Shown: piece after piece, positions 61,201-64,000 of the stretch
Layout: each line of letters opens with the position of its first letter
Numbering within the stretch: position 1 is the stretch's first letter
Assembly (NCBI RefSeq): GCF_031769215.1
Contig: NW_026782170.1
Coordinates: 806,001-870,000 of the forward strand
Reading direction: 5' to 3'
DNA length: 64,000 nt
Source: Ylistrum balloti
Taxonomy: Eukaryota
The notes under the pieces: generated by a model
The model's input: only the letters and a program-made list of their open reading frames with translations
Database searches by the model: none
What the model was told of the DNA's origin: nothing
Made by a program: the position numbers and the translations under genes

Positions 61201-63061
61201 GCCAATCAGGTCACAGCAGTCTCATTAAATATGTGTGGAATTTCCCTTTAATCAAACTTTGGCAAGGGGTTAAGGTATAAAGTGTACTAACCACATTTCA
61301 ACAAAATCTAACCAGTCCTTTAAAAGATATCATGCAGAAAGCAACAGCTGAGAGTAATTAAAGATATCTGCTAATCAGGTCACAGCAGCCTCATTGAATA
61401 TGCAAAGAATTTGCAGTAATTGAACTTGGCAAAGTATTAAGGTAACCAGTATACTAACAAAGTTTCATAAATAACTGACCAATCTTTCAAAAGATATTAT
61501 GCAGAAGGCAGCATCCGGAAGGATGGAACGACGGAACCCATTTGAATATCCTTTGCCAACTTTGTTAGGCTGAGGATGACAAAATATGAATTTGATCTGG
61601 ATTATACCACAATTTAACTGCAAATTTTATAACTTTGTCCATCAGAGATTTGAAGAACCGAAACCAAAAGAAATGGGATTACGATTAGAGATAACTCCAA
61701 ATACACCGCCAGTTTCATGTTTGGTCTATGATCTTAAGAATTTTTTGTGTATGCAGGAAATACACATATTGCCTTTTCGTCAGAGAACATACTTAATGTA
61801 TGCATGGAATGAGGATTTGTAATTAAAAATATGAAACTTTATAAAGATAGCTTACTTTGCAGGTTTTTCAGCTACAGCTTTAGTGAACGATTTGACAATA
61901 TCTGCAAACTCTTCATTGGATTCAACCATATGAACCATGGTTCCTGTCTGTAACTGTGTTTCAACAATTGCCTGAAGGACACATGACAAAAAAACATTTT
62001 TCAGCATATTTTGAGAAAATTTTGTTCATACTGAACTTTGACAATCCATCTGACTTTGTTACATTGATTTGATTTTATGTTGCCTATCTAGAATGAATAC
62101 TGAGTACATCTTGTATAAAATCCAATACACAATTTAAAACTTCATTTTCTTTCACATTAAGAGATTTACATAGCTGTCCAAAAACACATTTTGATCTTCA
62201 TTGCTCTGTCATCTTAAGAGATTCTTAATTAAAGAAATTAAAGACAGAAATACTTGAAACCCTTCAGAAGGAATAAAAGATTATAAAATATTTTGCAGTT
62301 GTCCTTGTTTTGGCAAGGTAGCAGTTATTACATTTTTCACATATCAATGAGCTGATATCCATGTATACAGACATGAAAGATATTTTCTGAGATCTTCATT
62401 CAATCTAGCAATGTTTGTCAGGTATCTTATTTCCCACTATTTTCTTTCTTTTTTTACTTCGAATAGAGCAAAATTAAATCCCTCACAAATATTCCTATAT
62501 ATACAGTATGGCTGGGGCCATTTTTTTCACAAACACTTTACAGCCTATAATTCATAGAAAATATATGTTAAAGAATCACAACATCATAATGAACAAAAAT
62601 CATAGGCTCACAAGTGAGCTTTAAAACTATAATTCAAATTAAGTTAGTGATTTATTTAACACGACTGTTGAAGGTTTATTTGCATTCACATTTTTCAGAA
62701 CCATTCAATACTGAAAATGATAAATCTATTTCATTAATGGAGTAAAGGCACATACTCTTCTCTATATTCACACCGATCCAATTTTTTTATATTTCTGATA
62801 ATAAGAATAACATAAATATAAGACATATCCTATATTCCAACACTTCAGGCCCTACCATCATTTGTTTATATACTAATTTTTTATTTCTATTGAAAGATGC
62901 TATATACATGCCTTTTGAACAATCTCACCTCTTCAACATCCATTTTAGACACCAGTGTATTTGTCTCCCCTTTTTTTGTTTTCTTTGGTCGCGACGGTTC
63001 TCTCATCTCCTTAGAGCGTACTGTCTCCTTGTGTTTCCTTTGTATCACAGTTTTCTGTTCC
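58224..63061 (-). CDS. EME1: Crossover junction endonuclease EME1-like (MUS81 partner), 3' partial; the gene continues beyond the window end
   Basis: Exons 63061-62929, 61971-61856, 60152-59969, 58756-58700, 58334-58224, phases consistent. Peptide VSKMDVEEAIVETQLQT...FTKAVAEKPAK...GLLKVWKQQLLQF...YPSPYLLYKA...LLENIVVRRGTGVLGTTRRIGKEMSRRIY matches the EME1/EME2 C-terminus. Confidence 0.88.
60535..61585 (+). mobile_element. HINE-like element with internal 165-175 bp tandem repeats in an EME intron
   Basis: AACTAGAACTGTC start; repeated GCCAATCAGGTCACAGCAGCCTCATTAAATATG near 61036, 61201, 61374; 3' end GGAACGACGGAA..CAACTTTGTTAGGCTGAGGATGAC. Confidence 0.5.
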
Positions 63062-63339
63062 CTATTTCATAAGAATAGATACAAGAGATCCCAGAGGGAT
63101 CTTGGCGCCCACCATTTGAGGATCTATTTTCAGTTCTTGAAGATTTGTTTATTTTTTTTTGTTTGTTACAGGTGTTGTAAATGTTCATGAACTGGTCTTC
63201 ATTGAATGTACTCAATGATGGCACAAGATATTTTTATTAAGCACTTATTAGCAAATATCATTTGAAAAAGATCCCAAAGTATTATTAGATAGCAGTCAGT
63301 TACAGGTGGATAACGGACAATATATTTGTGCTGTATTAC

Positions 63340-64000
63340 TGTCGACATCCAAGATGGCGGCCCACTTGATTTCAAATCAGTCCAAAAAAGGTACAATGCA
63401 CAACTAGGGACCAAGGGAAACCAATATCTATGAAATATCAGAAGGATCCATCCAGTACTTCCTCAGATATAGCAGTAACAAGATTTTACTCTCAAAATCC
63501 AAGATGGCTGCCTGTCAGCCATCTTGATTTCGGATCAGTCCAAAAAGGTACAATGCACAACTTGGAACCAAAGGGAGCCTGCATATGAAATTTGAGAAAG
63601 ATCCATCCAGTAATTTCCAAGATATAGCAGTAACAAACTTTTACATCCAAAATCCAAGATGGCCACCTGTCTGCCATCTTGAATTCGAATCAGTCCAAAA
63701 TAGGTACAATGCACAACAAGGGACCAAGGGAAAACTGCATATGAAATTTGAAAAAGATCCATCCAGTACTTTCCAAGAACAGTAACAAACTTTTACTTCC
63801 AAAATCCAAGATGGCCACCTGTCGGCCATCTCTGCACAACAAAAAAGGTACAACTAGGGACCAAGGGGAAACTGCATATGAAATTTGAAAAAGATCCATC
63901 CAGTACTTTCCAAGAAATAGCGGTAACAAACTTTTACTTCCAAAATCCAAGATGGCCACCTGTCGGCCATCTTGAATTTGAATCAGTCCAAAAAAGGTAC
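63340..64000. repeat. About 150-155 bp satellite-like tandem repeat (at least 4 copies, runs off the window), typical of transposon-internal arrays
   Basis: Recurrent AATCCAAGATGGC..GCCATCTTG, ATCAGTCCAAAA, CATATGAAATTTGA.AAAGATCCATCCAGTA. Confidence 0.85.

Noticed and set aside
1-64000. tRNA or rRNA genes
   Set aside because: None seen; the only tRNA-like stretch (17110-17140) is a degenerate SINE head without a cloverleaf.

Overview
AT-rich animal genomic DNA with spliceosomal introns, probably a bivalve mollusc. This is inferred from the repeat types and the B-box/NHL gene; it is not prokaryotic and has no CRISPR. I reconstructed six protein-coding genes by hand, and splice phases check out at every junction. 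In order: SPSB3 (minus, 4 exons); a full-length ABCA3-like ABC transporter (plus, 19 coding exons, about 1750 aa, one GC-AG intron); an intronless RING-less B-box/coiled-coil/NHL TRIM-like gene (plus); NUBP2/CFD1 (minus, 8 exons, 271 aa); MXRA7-like (plus, 2 exons, 170 aa); and the 3' part of EME1-like (minus, 5 exons visible). SPSB3, NUBP2, EME and ABCA3 homologues are also neighbours on human 16p13.3. Roughly 12 kb of the window is minisatellite. The main unexplained pattern is that many arrays in the ABCA and NUBP2 genes are tandem copies of a real exon-intron junction, creating stacks of decoy donors or acceptors. Some of these predict specific in-frame, poison or NMD-escaping isoforms.
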